Below are positions 9,102 to 18,152 of a stretch of DNA of 64,000 bases, one piece after another. The notes beneath the pieces were generated by a model. It saw only the letters and a list, made by a program, of their open reading frames with translations, searched no databases and had not been told where the DNA came from. Position numbers and translations under genes: made by a program. Source of the DNA: an uncultured Chloroflexia bacterium (GTDB taxonomy: Bacteria > Chloroflexota > Limnocylindria > Limnocylindrales > CSP1-4). Position 1 is the stretch's first letter, and each line of letters begins with the position of its first letter. Location of the stretch: the NCBI GenBank assembly GCA_963754485.1, contig CAVWFY010000011.1:156833-220832 (forward strand). Direction: 5' to 3'.

Positions 9102-10057
9102 GCGGCGTCCTCCTCGCCCGGGAGCGTCATCGGCGCGAGGTGCGTCTCCTCGTCGGCCGGGCGGCCGACGAAGTCGATGAAGATCTGCTCGAGCGAGGGA
9201 TCGGCGACCTCGAAATGCCGGACTCGGGCGCCCGCACCCACCGCAGCCGCCAGAACGGCGTCGGGCTCCACGCCGACGTCCAGCTCCACCGTCGAGCGGT
9301 CGACACCCGGCTGGATCACCCGCGCCCCGGGGACGCCGGCCAGCCACGGAAGTCGATGGTCCCCTTCTACCGCGATCCGGACCATGCGCCGCCCGGTCGC
9401 CCGCCGGACCTCCCGAAGAGGCCCGCCCACCACCATGCGGCCGCGGTCGACGATCGCGACGGACTCGCAGAGCGCCTCGGCCACCTCCATCTGGTGGGTG
9501 GAGAACACCACCGTCCGGCCGCGGTCGCGCAGCTCGAGGAATGCCTCGCGGAGTAGCAGCACGTTGACCGGGTCGAGTCCCGTGAACGGCTCGTCCATCA
9601 GCAGGACCTGGGGATCGTGCAGGATGGCGGCGATGAACTGGACCTTCTGCTGGTTGCCCTTTGAGAGCTGCTCCGCCCGGCGGTCGGCAAGATCCTCCGC
9701 GCGGAACCGGCGCAACCAGGCCTGGGCCTCGCGCCGCGCACGGTCCACCGGAAGTCCATGGAGCCCGGCGAAGAACACGAGCTGGTCCAGGACCCGCATC
9801 CGCGGGTAGAGGCCCCGCTCCTCGGGCAGGTAGCCCCAGGTCGAGCGCGGCAGGCGATGGCTCTCCGTGCCGCGCCAGGTGACCCGCCCCGCGTCCGGCT
9901 CCAGCACGCCGAGGGCGATCCGCATGGTCGTGGTCTTGCCCGCACCGTTGGCGCCCAGGAAGCCGAACACCTGCCCCGGGGCGACCTCGAATGCGAGGTC
10001 GTCGAGGGCGGTGACGGTCCCGAAGCGCTTGGTCAGGTGGTCGACGACGAGGCTCAT
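9098..10057 (-). CDS. ABC transporter ATP-binding protein (ABC-2 exporter partner)
   Basis: Walker A GANGAGKTT, signature LSKGNQQK, Walker B LLMDEP; start taken at MSLVVDHLTKRFG. Confidence 0.85.
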   Translation of the reverse strand: MSLVVDHLTKRFGTVTALDDLAFEVAPGQVFGFLGANGAGKTTTMRIALGVLEPDAGRVTWRGTESHRLPRSTWGYLPEERGLYPRMRVLDQLVFFAGLHGLPVDRARREAQAWLRRFRAEDLADRRAEQLSKGNQQKVQFIAAILHDPQVLLMDEPFTGLDPVNVLLLREAFLELRDRGRTVVFSTHQMEVAEALCESVAIVDRGRMVVGGPLREVRRATGRRMVRIAVEGDHRLPWLAGVPGARVIQPGVDRSTVELDVGVEPDAVLAAAVGAGARVRHFEVADPSLEQIFIDFVGRPADEETHLAPMTLPGEEDAA

Positions 10058-10190
10058 CTGCCCCGCGAGCATACCGGCCCGACTCGCAGCGGCCATTCCG
10101 GGATAGTCCCTCACGCGGGACCGATGATGGTCCGGGTCGCGGTGCCGCCCCTCGACGCGGGACAGGCCGGGTCGGGAGTACGATCCGGGC

Positions 10191-10571
10191 GTGCAGGACC
10201 CCCGGATCACTCCCCTTCGCATCGATGCCGACCGGGCCGCCGGCACCCTTCGCATGGGCTGGGCGGACGGGCACGCCACGACCTACGACACCGTCACCCT
10301 CCGCTGGCTGTGCCCGTGCGCCTACTGCCGCGGCGAGGCGGGTATGCCCGGCTGGCTGGACTCGAACCCCACGCTGACGGCCGAGCAGACGCGCCTCGTG
10401 GACGTGGCCCTCGTGGGCGCCTACGCCATCCAGGCGACCTGGGGCGACGGCCACGCCACGGGCTACCACACGTTCGACCTGCTGCGCGACATGTGCCCGT
10501 GCGGCGAGTGCACGCGGGCCCGTGAGCAGCGGCTCGCAGAGGATCGCCACTCGCACGGAGAGGACCGATGA
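10191..10571 (+). CDS. DUF971-family protein (gamma-butyrobetaine hydroxylase N-terminal-like; Cys-rich)
   Basis: Duplicated DGHAT.Y....LR..CPC..C motif. Confidence 0.7.
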   Translation: MQDPRITPLRIDADRAAGTLRMGWADGHATTYDTVTLRWLCPCAYCRGEAGMPGWLDSNPTLTAEQTRLVDVALVGAYAIQATWGDGHATGYHTFDLLRDMCPCGECTRAREQRLAEDRHSHGEDR

Positions 10572-10921
10572 TCATCACGACTACGCCGTTCGTCGCCGGG
10601 TATCGCGTCACCGAGACCCGCGGGCAGGTCTTCGGGCTCGTCGTCCGCAGCCGGGGCCTGGGCGGCAACATGGTCGCCGGTCTTCGGTCCATCATGGGCG
10701 GCGAGATCCACGAGTACACGAGCCTCCTCGAGGACACCCGCCGCCAGGCCATCGATCGCATGGTCCAGAACGCGACCATCATGGGGGCGAACGCGGTGAT
10801 CTCGATGCGCTTCGACTCGACCGAGCTGGCCGGGACGATGTCCGAGATCGTGGCCTACGGGACCGCGGTCTTCCTGGTTCCCGACGAGGCCGCGGTCCAG
10901 GCGGTCCCGGCGATCGAGTAG
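10568..10921 (+). CDS. YbjQ/UPF0145-family protein
   Basis: GYRVTETRGQVFGLVVRSRGLGGNMVAGLRSIMGGEI..., a typical YbjQ sequence; ATGA overlap with DUF971. Confidence 0.8.
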   Translation: MIITTTPFVAGYRVTETRGQVFGLVVRSRGLGGNMVAGLRSIMGGEIHEYTSLLEDTRRQAIDRMVQNATIMGANAVISMRFDSTELAGTMSEIVAYGTAVFLVPDEAAVQAVPAIE

Positions 10922-10924
10922 GCC

Positions 10925-11278
10925 GTGGGCGTGATGCTCGCGCGGGTCCTGGTCGGGACCCTGGGCGTCCTGCTCATCCTGGGCGGCATCGGCCTCGCCG
11001 CCGTCACGGGACCGGGTGGCAGCCTCGGTTCCGCGCTGTTCCTGTTCGTGCCCGGCGTGCTCATGATCGCCGCCGTGATCCTGGAGCGGACGCGATACCG
11101 CTCCCTCCACTCCGAACGGACCGGGGACAACTACGGCCCCGGGGGCGGCGAGCCGGGCGCCCCGGAGCCGCGCTTCCGGCCCACGGACGAGCGCTTCGTG
11201 GATCCCACGACGCACGTCGCGATGCGCGTCTGGCTGGACCCGGCCACCGGCGAACGGAGGTATGTGCCGGAGGGCTGA
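10925..11278 (+). CDS. Small membrane protein, hypothetical
   Basis: Two predicted TM helices; no recognisable family. Confidence 0.45.
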   Translation: MGVMLARVLVGTLGVLLILGGIGLAAVTGPGGSLGSALFLFVPGVLMIAAVILERTRYRSLHSERTGDNYGPGGGEPGAPEPRFRPTDERFVDPTTHVAMRVWLDPATGERRYVPEG

Positions 11279-11387
11279 GACTGGCCCACTCCGGCGCGGT
11301 GGTATTCTCAACGGCCAAACCCGGACCGGGACGCGTGGCCGCCAGCATCGGCAGTGCGCCGGGCCTGAGCGCAACCGCGAGAGGACC

Positions 11388-13559
11388 ATGGCCACCGTTC
11401 GACCCGCCCCCGGACCTCGTGTCGCAGGCCGCGGTCGACGTCGGGCCGCCCGCGATCAGAAGGGTCCGATCCTCAACCGCGAGCTCTCCTGGATCGAGTT
11501 CAACGCGCGCGTCCTGCACGAGGCTCGCGACACGCGCAACCCGCTCCTGGAGCGCGTGAAGTTCCTCGCGATCTTCGCGTCCAACCTGGACGAGTTCTTC
11601 CAGGTCCGGGTATCCGGCCTGCGGCGCCAGGACCGGTCGCGCAGCGTCCACCACAGCCTCGACGGCCTCACGCCCTCCCAGCAGCTGGACGCTATCCGCG
11701 ACCGTGTCCGGGAGCTCATCGGCGACCACTCCGACATCTGGATGGAGATCCGCGCGGAGCTGGCCGCGGAAGGCGTGCAGATCCACGACTACGACGAGGT
11801 TCCGGAGCACCACGAGACCCTGCGGCGCCGCTTCCACGACGAGATCTTCCCGGTGCTGACACCGCTCGCTGTGGACCCCGGTCATCCGTTCCCCTACATC
11901 AGCACCCTGAGCCTGTCGATCGCCGTCGGCCTGCGCGACCCGGAGACCGGCGAGCGGCGCTTCGCGCGCGTCAAGATCCCGCCGATCCTCCCCCGCCTGT
12001 TCGCCGTGGAACGCGACAGGTTCGTGCTCCTCGACCAGGTCATCGAGGCGAACCTGGACGAGCTGTTCCGGGGCATGGAGATCCTGGAGACGCACCTGTT
12101 CCGGGTGACCCGCGACGCGGACATCGCGATCGAGGAGGACGAGGCCGACGACCTGCTGCTGGCCATCGAGGAGGAGATCCGGCGGCGGCGCTTCGGCGAG
12201 GCCGTCCGCCTCGAGGTGGAGCGCTCCATGCCGGAGCTCACGCGCCAGATCCTGATCAAGGGGACGGGCGTACGGGACGAGGACGCCTTCGAGGTCGCCG
12301 GCATGCTGGATCTCACGGCGCTGTGGCAGTTGGTGAGCCTGGATCGCCCGGATCTCAAGGCCCCGGTCCACAGCCCGGTGATCCCCCAGCGGCTGCTGCC
12401 GCTGGACGAGGACGAGCCCACGGACGTCTTCGCACAGATGCGCGCGGGCGACATCTTCGTCCATCACCCCTACGAGTCGTTCACCGCGTCGACGGAGCGG
12501 TTCATCGACCAGGCCGCGGACGATCCCGAGGTCCTCACGATCAAGCAGACCCTGTACCGGACGTCTGGCCAGTCACCGATCGTGGGCGCACTCATCCGCG
12601 CCGCGGAGGCGGGCAAGCAGGTCGTGGTGCTGGTCGAGATCAAGGCCCGCTTCGACGAGGAGAACAACATCGTCTGGGCCCGCCGCCTCGAGCAGGCCGG
12701 CGCCCACGTCGTGTACGGCCTGGTCGGCCTCAAGACGCACTCCAAGGTGGCCCTGGTGGTGCGGCGGGAGGGCAGCGGCCTCCGCCGCTACATCCACATC
12801 GGCACCGGCAACTACAACGGCAAGACCGCGCGCCTGTACACGGACCTCGGGTTGCTGACCTGTCGCGAGGAGCTTGGCGCGGATGTCACCGACCTGTTCA
12901 ACGTCCTGACCGGCCTGTCCCGCCAGCGCGTCTTCCGTCGTCTGCTCGTCGCCCCGATGACCATGCGCACGCGGTTCATCGAGATGGTGGAGCGCGAGAC
13001 GGCCCACGCGCAAGCCGGCCAACCGGCCCGCATCGTGCTCAAGGTCAACTCGCTGGTGGACGTCCAGGTGATCGAGGCGCTCTACGAGGCCTCGAGGGCC
13101 GGCGTGGAGATCGACCTCATCGTGCGCGGCGCGTGCTGCCTGGTCCCGGGTGTCGAAGGTGTCAGCGAGCGGATCCGCGTCCGTTCGATCATCGGCGAGT
13201 TCCTGGAGCACTCCCGGATCTGGATGTTCAGCAACAGCGGGCGCGCCGAGTGGTACATGGGCTCGGCGGACCTCATGGAGCGCAACCTTGACCGGCGGGT
13301 CGAGGTGGTGACACCGGTCGAGGACCACGAGGCCCAGGCCCGCCTCGCCCGGATCATCGAGGTCCTCCTCGCGGACGACCGCCGGTCGTGGCAGCTGGGG
13401 GCGGACGGGCGGTGGGCACGGACGGAGGTCCTCGAGTCCCGCGAGGGCACGGTGGAGACCTTCGCCGTCCTCAAGGAGGACGCCGCGACCGCGAGCGCGC
13501 TGGCCGACATCCCACGCCGTCCGCACGCGAATGCGGGCTCGATGGATCCTCGGGCATGA
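11388..13559 (+). CDS. ppk: Polyphosphate kinase 1
   Basis: LNRELSWIEFNARVLHEA, FLAIFASNLDEFFQVRV, and two PLD-like HSK motifs; start taken at MATVRPAP. Confidence 0.9.
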   Translation: MATVRPAPGPRVAGRGRRRAARDQKGPILNRELSWIEFNARVLHEARDTRNPLLERVKFLAIFASNLDEFFQVRVSGLRRQDRSRSVHHSLDGLTPSQQLDAIRDRVRELIGDHSDIWMEIRAELAAEGVQIHDYDEVPEHHETLRRRFHDEIFPVLTPLAVDPGHPFPYISTLSLSIAVGLRDPETGERRFARVKIPPILPRLFAVERDRFVLLDQVIEANLDELFRGMEILETHLFRVTRDADIAIEEDEADDLLLAIEEEIRRRRFGEAVRLEVERSMPELTRQILIKGTGVRDEDAFEVAGMLDLTALWQLVSLDRPDLKAPVHSPVIPQRLLPLDEDEPTDVFAQMRAGDIFVHHPYESFTASTERFIDQAADDPEVLTIKQTLYRTSGQSPIVGALIRAAEAGKQVVVLVEIKARFDEENNIVWARRLEQAGAHVVYGLVGLKTHSKVALVVRREGSGLRRYIHIGTGNYNGKTARLYTDLGLLTCREELGADVTDLFNVLTGLSRQRVFRRLLVAPMTMRTRFIEMVERETAHAQAGQPARIVLKVNSLVDVQVIEALYEASRAGVEIDLIVRGACCLVPGVEGVSERIRVRSIIGEFLEHSRIWMFSNSGRAEWYMGSADLMERNLDRRVEVVTPVEDHEAQARLARIIEVLLADDRRSWQLGADGRWARTEVLESREGTVETFAVLKEDAATASALADIPRRPHANAGSMDPRA

Positions 13560-15346
13560 CCGAGGTCCCGGGCGCCGGACCGCTCGAGATCGAGCTGAAG
13601 TACCGCATGACCGATGCCACGACGGGCGATCGTCTGCTGGCCGCCGATGATCTCGCAGGGCTGACAGCTGCCGCCCCCGTCGAGACCGTGGTCCACGAGG
13701 ACCGGTACGTGGACACGCCCGACGGTGCGCTGGCGGCCGCGGGGTACGCGGGGCGGTTCCGCTCGAGCGGCGACGAGACGATCATCACGCTCAAGGGCCT
13801 CCACCGGCAGGACGATGGCGGGGCCGCCCATCGGCGCGAGGAGCTGGAGGGTCCCGCGGACCTCGAGACGGCGGCGCCGGCCTGGCCGGAGTCCGCGGCG
13901 CGCGACGCGGTGATCTCGATCGTCGGCGAGGCGACGCTCGGCGAGCTGGTCCGCGTCCGCCAGGTGCGGCGCAAGCGGGACTATGCTGCGAACGGCACCA
14001 TCGTGGAGCTGTCCGTGGACGACGTGGAGGTCGTGATGGGCGACCGCGTGATCGAGCGGTTCGCGGAGCTCGAGGTCGAGCTGCGCCAGGGTGACGAGGC
14101 GGCCCTGGAGCCACTGGTGGATCTCCTGTCCGAGATCGAGGAGCTCGTTCCCGCCGAGACGTCCAAGCTCGAACGCGCCATGGAGGCCGTGCGCCGTGAG
14201 GCGGAGGCGGGCGACGGCGAGCCCGACGAGCCCGAGAAGGACGAGCCGGATGGTGGCGTGACCGGGATCCCGGTCATGGACCGTCCCGCCGATGCCGACA
14301 CCGTTGCCGGGGATGCCGAGCTCCACGCCGACGCCACCGAGGCCGCCGAGGCCGCCGAGACCGTTGAGCCCGAGGCGGACGCCGAACCAGTCCCGGAACC
14401 GCCGCGGATCATCGTCCCCAAGACACCCGGGGTCCTCGCGGACGACCACCTGGCCGAGGCCGGCCGCAAGGTCCTGCGCTTCCACCTGGCCCGAATGATC
14501 ACGCGCGAGCCCGGCACCCGCGTCGGCAAGGACCCGGAGGAGCTGCACGGGATGCGCGTCGCCACCCGCCGCCAGCGGGCGGCGTGGCGGGTCTTCGGGG
14601 ACGCCTTCGACCTCGATCGCACCGACCGTTACCGGCGCCGGCTCAAGCTGGTCGCGGCAGACCTGGGCGGCGTGCGGGATCTCGACGTCCTGATCGAGGC
14701 CGGCGAGAAGTACCAGGGCCGGCAGTCCGCCGTCGAGGCCAGGGCCTTCGAGCCGCTCCTGCAGTCGTGGCGCGTCCAGCGTGAAACCGCCCGCGAGGTC
14801 CTGATCAAGGAGCTCGACAGCAACCGGTACCGCAAGTGGCTCGACGCCTACATCGAGTTCGCCCAGGCGGACGGCATCGGCGCCCGCCAGGTCGGACCCA
14901 CGGATCCGCACCGCGTCCGGGACACGATGCCCTCGCGCATCTGGACCGCCTACGAGGTCGTGCGCGCCTACGAGCCCGTGATGCGCTGGGCCGACGTCAC
15001 GACGCTCCACGACCTGCGCATCGCCGCCAAGTGGCTCCGCTACACGCTGGAGTTCGTGCGCGAGGCGCTCGGTCGCGATGCCGGGCCCGTGATCGAGAAG
15101 GTGGTCGCCCTGCAGGACCACCTGGGCTGGCTCCACGACGCCGACGTCGCCGCCAACCTCGCGCGGGGGTATCTGGTGGAGCACGCGGGATCCCTGTCCG
15201 AGGGGGAGAGCGCCGCCATCGGGCGGTACCTCGTGGACCGCGAGCGGGAGCTGGCCCGCCTGCGGCGGACGGTCGGTCCGCCGTGGCGCGGCGTTGCAAG
15301 CCTCGCATTCCGGCGCTCGCTCGGACGAGTGGTCGCGGGACTCTAG
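13556..15346 (+). CDS. CYTH-CHAD domain protein (triphosphate tunnel metalloenzyme plus CHAD)
   Basis: EIELKY CYTH start, an acidic linker, and a CHAD region (HGMRVATRRQRAAWRVF); ATGA overlap with the ppk1 stop. Confidence 0.8.
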   Translation: MTEVPGAGPLEIELKYRMTDATTGDRLLAADDLAGLTAAAPVETVVHEDRYVDTPDGALAAAGYAGRFRSSGDETIITLKGLHRQDDGGAAHRREELEGPADLETAAPAWPESAARDAVISIVGEATLGELVRVRQVRRKRDYAANGTIVELSVDDVEVVMGDRVIERFAELEVELRQGDEAALEPLVDLLSEIEELVPAETSKLERAMEAVRREAEAGDGEPDEPEKDEPDGGVTGIPVMDRPADADTVAGDAELHADATEAAEAAETVEPEADAEPVPEPPRIIVPKTPGVLADDHLAEAGRKVLRFHLARMITREPGTRVGKDPEELHGMRVATRRQRAAWRVFGDAFDLDRTDRYRRRLKLVAADLGGVRDLDVLIEAGEKYQGRQSAVEARAFEPLLQSWRVQRETAREVLIKELDSNRYRKWLDAYIEFAQADGIGARQVGPTDPHRVRDTMPSRIWTAYEVVRAYEPVMRWADVTTLHDLRIAAKWLRYTLEFVREALGRDAGPVIEKVVALQDHLGWLHDADVAANLARGYLVEHAGSLSEGESAAIGRYLVDRERELARLRRTVGPPWRGVASLAFRRSLGRVVAGL

Positions 15347-15397
15347 CCGGAGGGGCGGCGCCGCCTGCGATCAGGGGCCCGGCGCGGCACCGGTCCC

Positions 15398-16605
15398 CTA
15401 CTCGATCGGCCAGTCCTCCTCGGACCAGCCGCGGACCAGCACCCGGAGACGGTCACGCCAGGCCGGACCCGCTGCCGCGGCGGCGATCACGAGTCCCTCG
15501 CGGATCCCCTCTTCGGACACGGTCAGGCGCTCCGCGGCGTAACGCTCCAGGATCGCGTCCACGATGATCGCCCCGGCCGGCAGGATCCGTGCGCGGGCCG
15601 GTCGGACGAGGTGCCGCTCGGCAGCCTCAAGGCTCCGCTCGACGGTCAGCATCGCGAGCGCCACCGTCAGCCGCCGTCGGGTGAGGACGTGATCCAGGGC
15701 GGTCGCCGGGAGCAGCCGGAGCAGGTTCGCCGCCGTCCCGCCAACCGCAACGATGTCGCCGGGATGGATCGCGGGAGCATCGGCCAGGATCTCCCGGACG
15801 CGAACCCTGACCGCCTCGAGGTCCGCCAGCGTCGGCGGATCGCCGCGCACCAGGTCACGAGTCAGGCGCGCAGCGCCCAGCGGGAGTCCCGTTGCGTGCA
15901 CCTCGCCCGCCGCACTGACGACGACGAACTCGGAGCTGCCTCCGCCGATGTCGACGACGAGCAGATTGGTCTCGATGGGCCGGCCCTTGGTCACGCCCAG
16001 GAGCGTGAGCAGGCCCTCCTCGTCGTGGTCGACAACATGCAGCGGGACGCGGGCGCGCACCTCGACCGCCGAGACGACTGCCGCCGTGTCCTCCGCACGC
16101 CTCAACGGTTCGGTGCCCACGATCGTGATCCGCTCCGCGCCGAGCTGGCGGGCGGTGTCGGCATAGGCGACGAGCGACGCCACGAGCTCCTCCCGGGCAT
16201 CGATGCCCAGATGCCCGTCAGCCGCGACCCGATCGCCAAGGCCCAGGAACACGGACTCGTCAAGGAGCGGCTCCACGCTGTGGCCACCGACCGCCGCGAC
16301 GAGGAGATGGACGCTGGTCGACCCGACGTCAATGGCGGCCCCGATGACGGCCCCGGCCGCGATCTCGATCTTGGCCGCCGCGGGCTCGGGTTCGGGTGAC
16401 GGCTCGATGGGCTCGGGTTCGGGTGGCGGCTCGGGTGACGGCTCGGGTTCTGGCTCAGGTTCTGGTTCAGGTTCAGGTTCTGGTTCTGGTTCAGGTGGCC
16501 TCAGCTCGGGCGCCGGTTCCGGCTCGGCGGCCTCCGGCTCAGCGGCCTCCGGCTCAGCGGCCTCCGGCTCAGGTTCTGGCTCGGGTTCTGGCTCAGCTGG
16601 CCTCC
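15398..16605 (-). CDS. ppx: Ppx/GppA exopolyphosphatase domain; no in-frame start codon near the domain; probably continuous with the lysine-rich ORF upstream after correcting one indel
   Basis: [15 protein letters not shown] followed by DIGGGSSEF; upstream in the same frame only (EP)n repeats and no ATG/GTG/TTG; the rest of the ORF frame (R/P-rich) is a shadow. Confidence 0.75.
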
Positions 16606-16680
16606 GGCTCAGGCTCGGGCTCGGGCTCCACCAAGGGCTCAGGCGCCGGTTCAGGTTCGGGCTCGGGCTCGACGGCCGAA
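16381..16680. repeat. Imperfect GAACCN hexanucleotide (Glu-Pro codon) repeat tract, about 300 bp
   Basis: ggctcgggttcgggt... repeats on the plus strand encode (EP)n on the minus strand; the EP reading phase jumps by one near 16593-16605. Confidence 0.75.
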
Positions 16681-17129
16681 TCCGACGGCACGCGATCAAC
16701 GATGTGGGACGCCGCAGGCTCCCCCACCTGGCGAACGAGGCTGGCGAGCTCCTCGAGCACCGTCCCGGCCGCCGCCGCCAATGCCGTGGAGCGGCCGACT
16801 TCTGCATCTCCCTGCTTCCGGTGTCGCGTCGCCCTGCCGCCCTCCGTATCGGGGGACGTCTTCGGAGCCGCCGCCGCGGACTCCTTCGCGGACTCCTTCG
16901 TGCTCCTCGCGGTGGCCTTCTTGGGCGCCTTCGCGGCCTTCTTGGGCGCCTTCGCGGCCTTCTTCGCGGACTTCCGGGCGAGCTTCTCCGCCTTGTCGGC
17001 GGCCTTCTTCGCGGCCTTCTTCGCGGCCTTGCGGGCCTTCTTGCCGGTCTTGGGACCGCCTGCCAGCGCACCGGCGGCTGACCCTGTGACGCCGGTCGTG
17101 ACCTCGATGTCCCCGGCGTCCGGCATCAC
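16593..17129 (-). CDS. Lysine/alanine-rich histone-H1-like protein; probable N-terminal part of Ppx
   Basis: [42 protein letters not shown], then [16 protein letters not shown] and an EP repeat that ends at a TGA inside the repeat tract; the R/P-rich overlapping frame uses rare AGA/AGG codons and is the shadow. Confidence 0.55.
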   Translation of the reverse strand: MMPDAGDIEVTTGVTGSAAGALAGGPKTGKKARKAAKKAAKKAADKAEKLARKSAKKAAKAPKKAAKAPKKATARSTKESAKESAAAAPKTSPDTEGGRATRHRKQGDAEVGRSTALAAAAGTVLEELASLVRQVGEPAASHIVDRVPSDSAVEPEPEPEPAPEPLVEPEPEPEPEAS

Positions 17130-17256
17130 GTTCCTCCTGACTGAGCTGGGGCACCCGCGACGGAGCGCGCTGTGGCCACCAGTCTGCCGCAGGCGGGAGC
17201 GTCGCGCTGACGGGTACCGCGCGTTGACAACACGTTAACCGGCGTCGAACGAGTCG

Positions 17257-18036
17257 TTGACGGGTGACGCCGATGATCCGCTCGTGGTCGCCTTGCCGCC
17301 TTCCAGTCCCGAACCCAGCCCCGACCAGGTCGCCTGCTTCGCCGGACGGGAGCGGACCGCCTGGCTCGTGCTGGCCAATGGCGGGCCCGCGGTCGCCCTC
17401 CCGGAGCTGGCCGCTACCAGGGCGGTCAATGTCACTGCCGATCCCCGACGCTTCCGGGACATCCTGCTCGCGGAACGACCGAGGATCGTGGTGGTCTGCC
17501 AGCCACCGGCTGGTGACGAGGACCTGGGCCTCGTGGCGTCCGAACGACGCCGTCGACCCCGGCTTCGCGCTCTGCACCTTGCACCCCCGGGGGCCGTCGC
17601 CGACCGCATCGCCGCCCTTGCCCGGGGCTTCGACGACGCGCTCACCACGACGACCACGAGCGGGGAGTTGGCCGCGCGTCTGGAACTGCTCGAGGCTCGG
17701 GCTCGGGAACGTCCCGTGCCCGGCTCCACGCTGCCGGTCGCGCACGGCGTTGAGCTGGACCTGGTCGCTCACGAGGTCCGGCGCGATGCGCTCGCCGTCC
17801 ACCTCCGACCGAAGGAGTTCGGCCTGCTGGCGCTCATGGCGTCCCACCCGGGCCGTGCATACACCCGGCAGGAATTGCTCGAGCGCGTGTGGGGGAAGGG
17901 GCACGAGAGTGGCGTCCGCACGGTGGACGTCCACGTCCGCTGGCTCCGCACGAAGATCGAGAGCGATCCGGAGCGGCCAGCCCATCTCGTGACCGTGCGC
18001 GGCGTCGGCTACCGCCTGGATCCGCCCTTGCGTTAA
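17257..18036 (+). CDS. OmpR/PhoB-family winged-helix regulator with degenerate (pseudo-)receiver domain
   Basis: C-terminal trans_reg_C (LRPKEFGLLALMASHPGRAYTRQELLERVWG...VRTVDVHVRWLRTKIE...VRGVGYRL); the N-terminal 140 aa lack the DD pocket and the phospho-Asp context. Confidence 0.7.
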   Translation: MTGDADDPLVVALPPSSPEPSPDQVACFAGRERTAWLVLANGGPAVALPELAATRAVNVTADPRRFRDILLAERPRIVVVCQPPAGDEDLGLVASERRRRPRLRALHLAPPGAVADRIAALARGFDDALTTTTTSGELAARLELLEARARERPVPGSTLPVAHGVELDLVAHEVRRDALAVHLRPKEFGLLALMASHPGRAYTRQELLERVWGKGHESGVRTVDVHVRWLRTKIESDPERPAHLVTVRGVGYRLDPPLR

Positions 18037-18152
18037 CCGGACCTTAACACCTCGCACACGACCTGTTGACAGCCCGGCCCGAACTTCGGCTCTGTAGAAG
18101 ACCAGAGGCGTCGCACGCGCTCGGGGCGCGACGCCAGACAAGGAGAACCTCC

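Noticed and set aside
9102-10556. Upstream half of the 926-aa ORF 7776-10556
   Set aside because: Out-of-frame overlap with the ABC ATPase gene; the permease starts at GTG 9101 with a GTGA coupling overlap.
16381-16680. Repeat tract considered as CRISPR or other non-coding repeat
   Set aside because: Hexanucleotide, in-frame, encodes EP dipeptides inside a gene; there is no spacer/repeat architecture.
16606-17071. Arg/Pro-rich N-terminus of the 557-aa ppx ORF ([19 protein letters not shown]...)
   Set aside because: Shadow of the lysine-rich frame; it would need many rare AGA/AGG Arg codons; the K/A-rich frame is the real coding frame.
18031-18040. Second CGTTAACCGG copy as an independent operator
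   Set aside because: Not fully rejected; I noted that its TTAA is produced by the TAA stop codon of the regulator gene, so part of the similarity may be coincidental. It is kept only as a low-confidence motif within the promoter finding.
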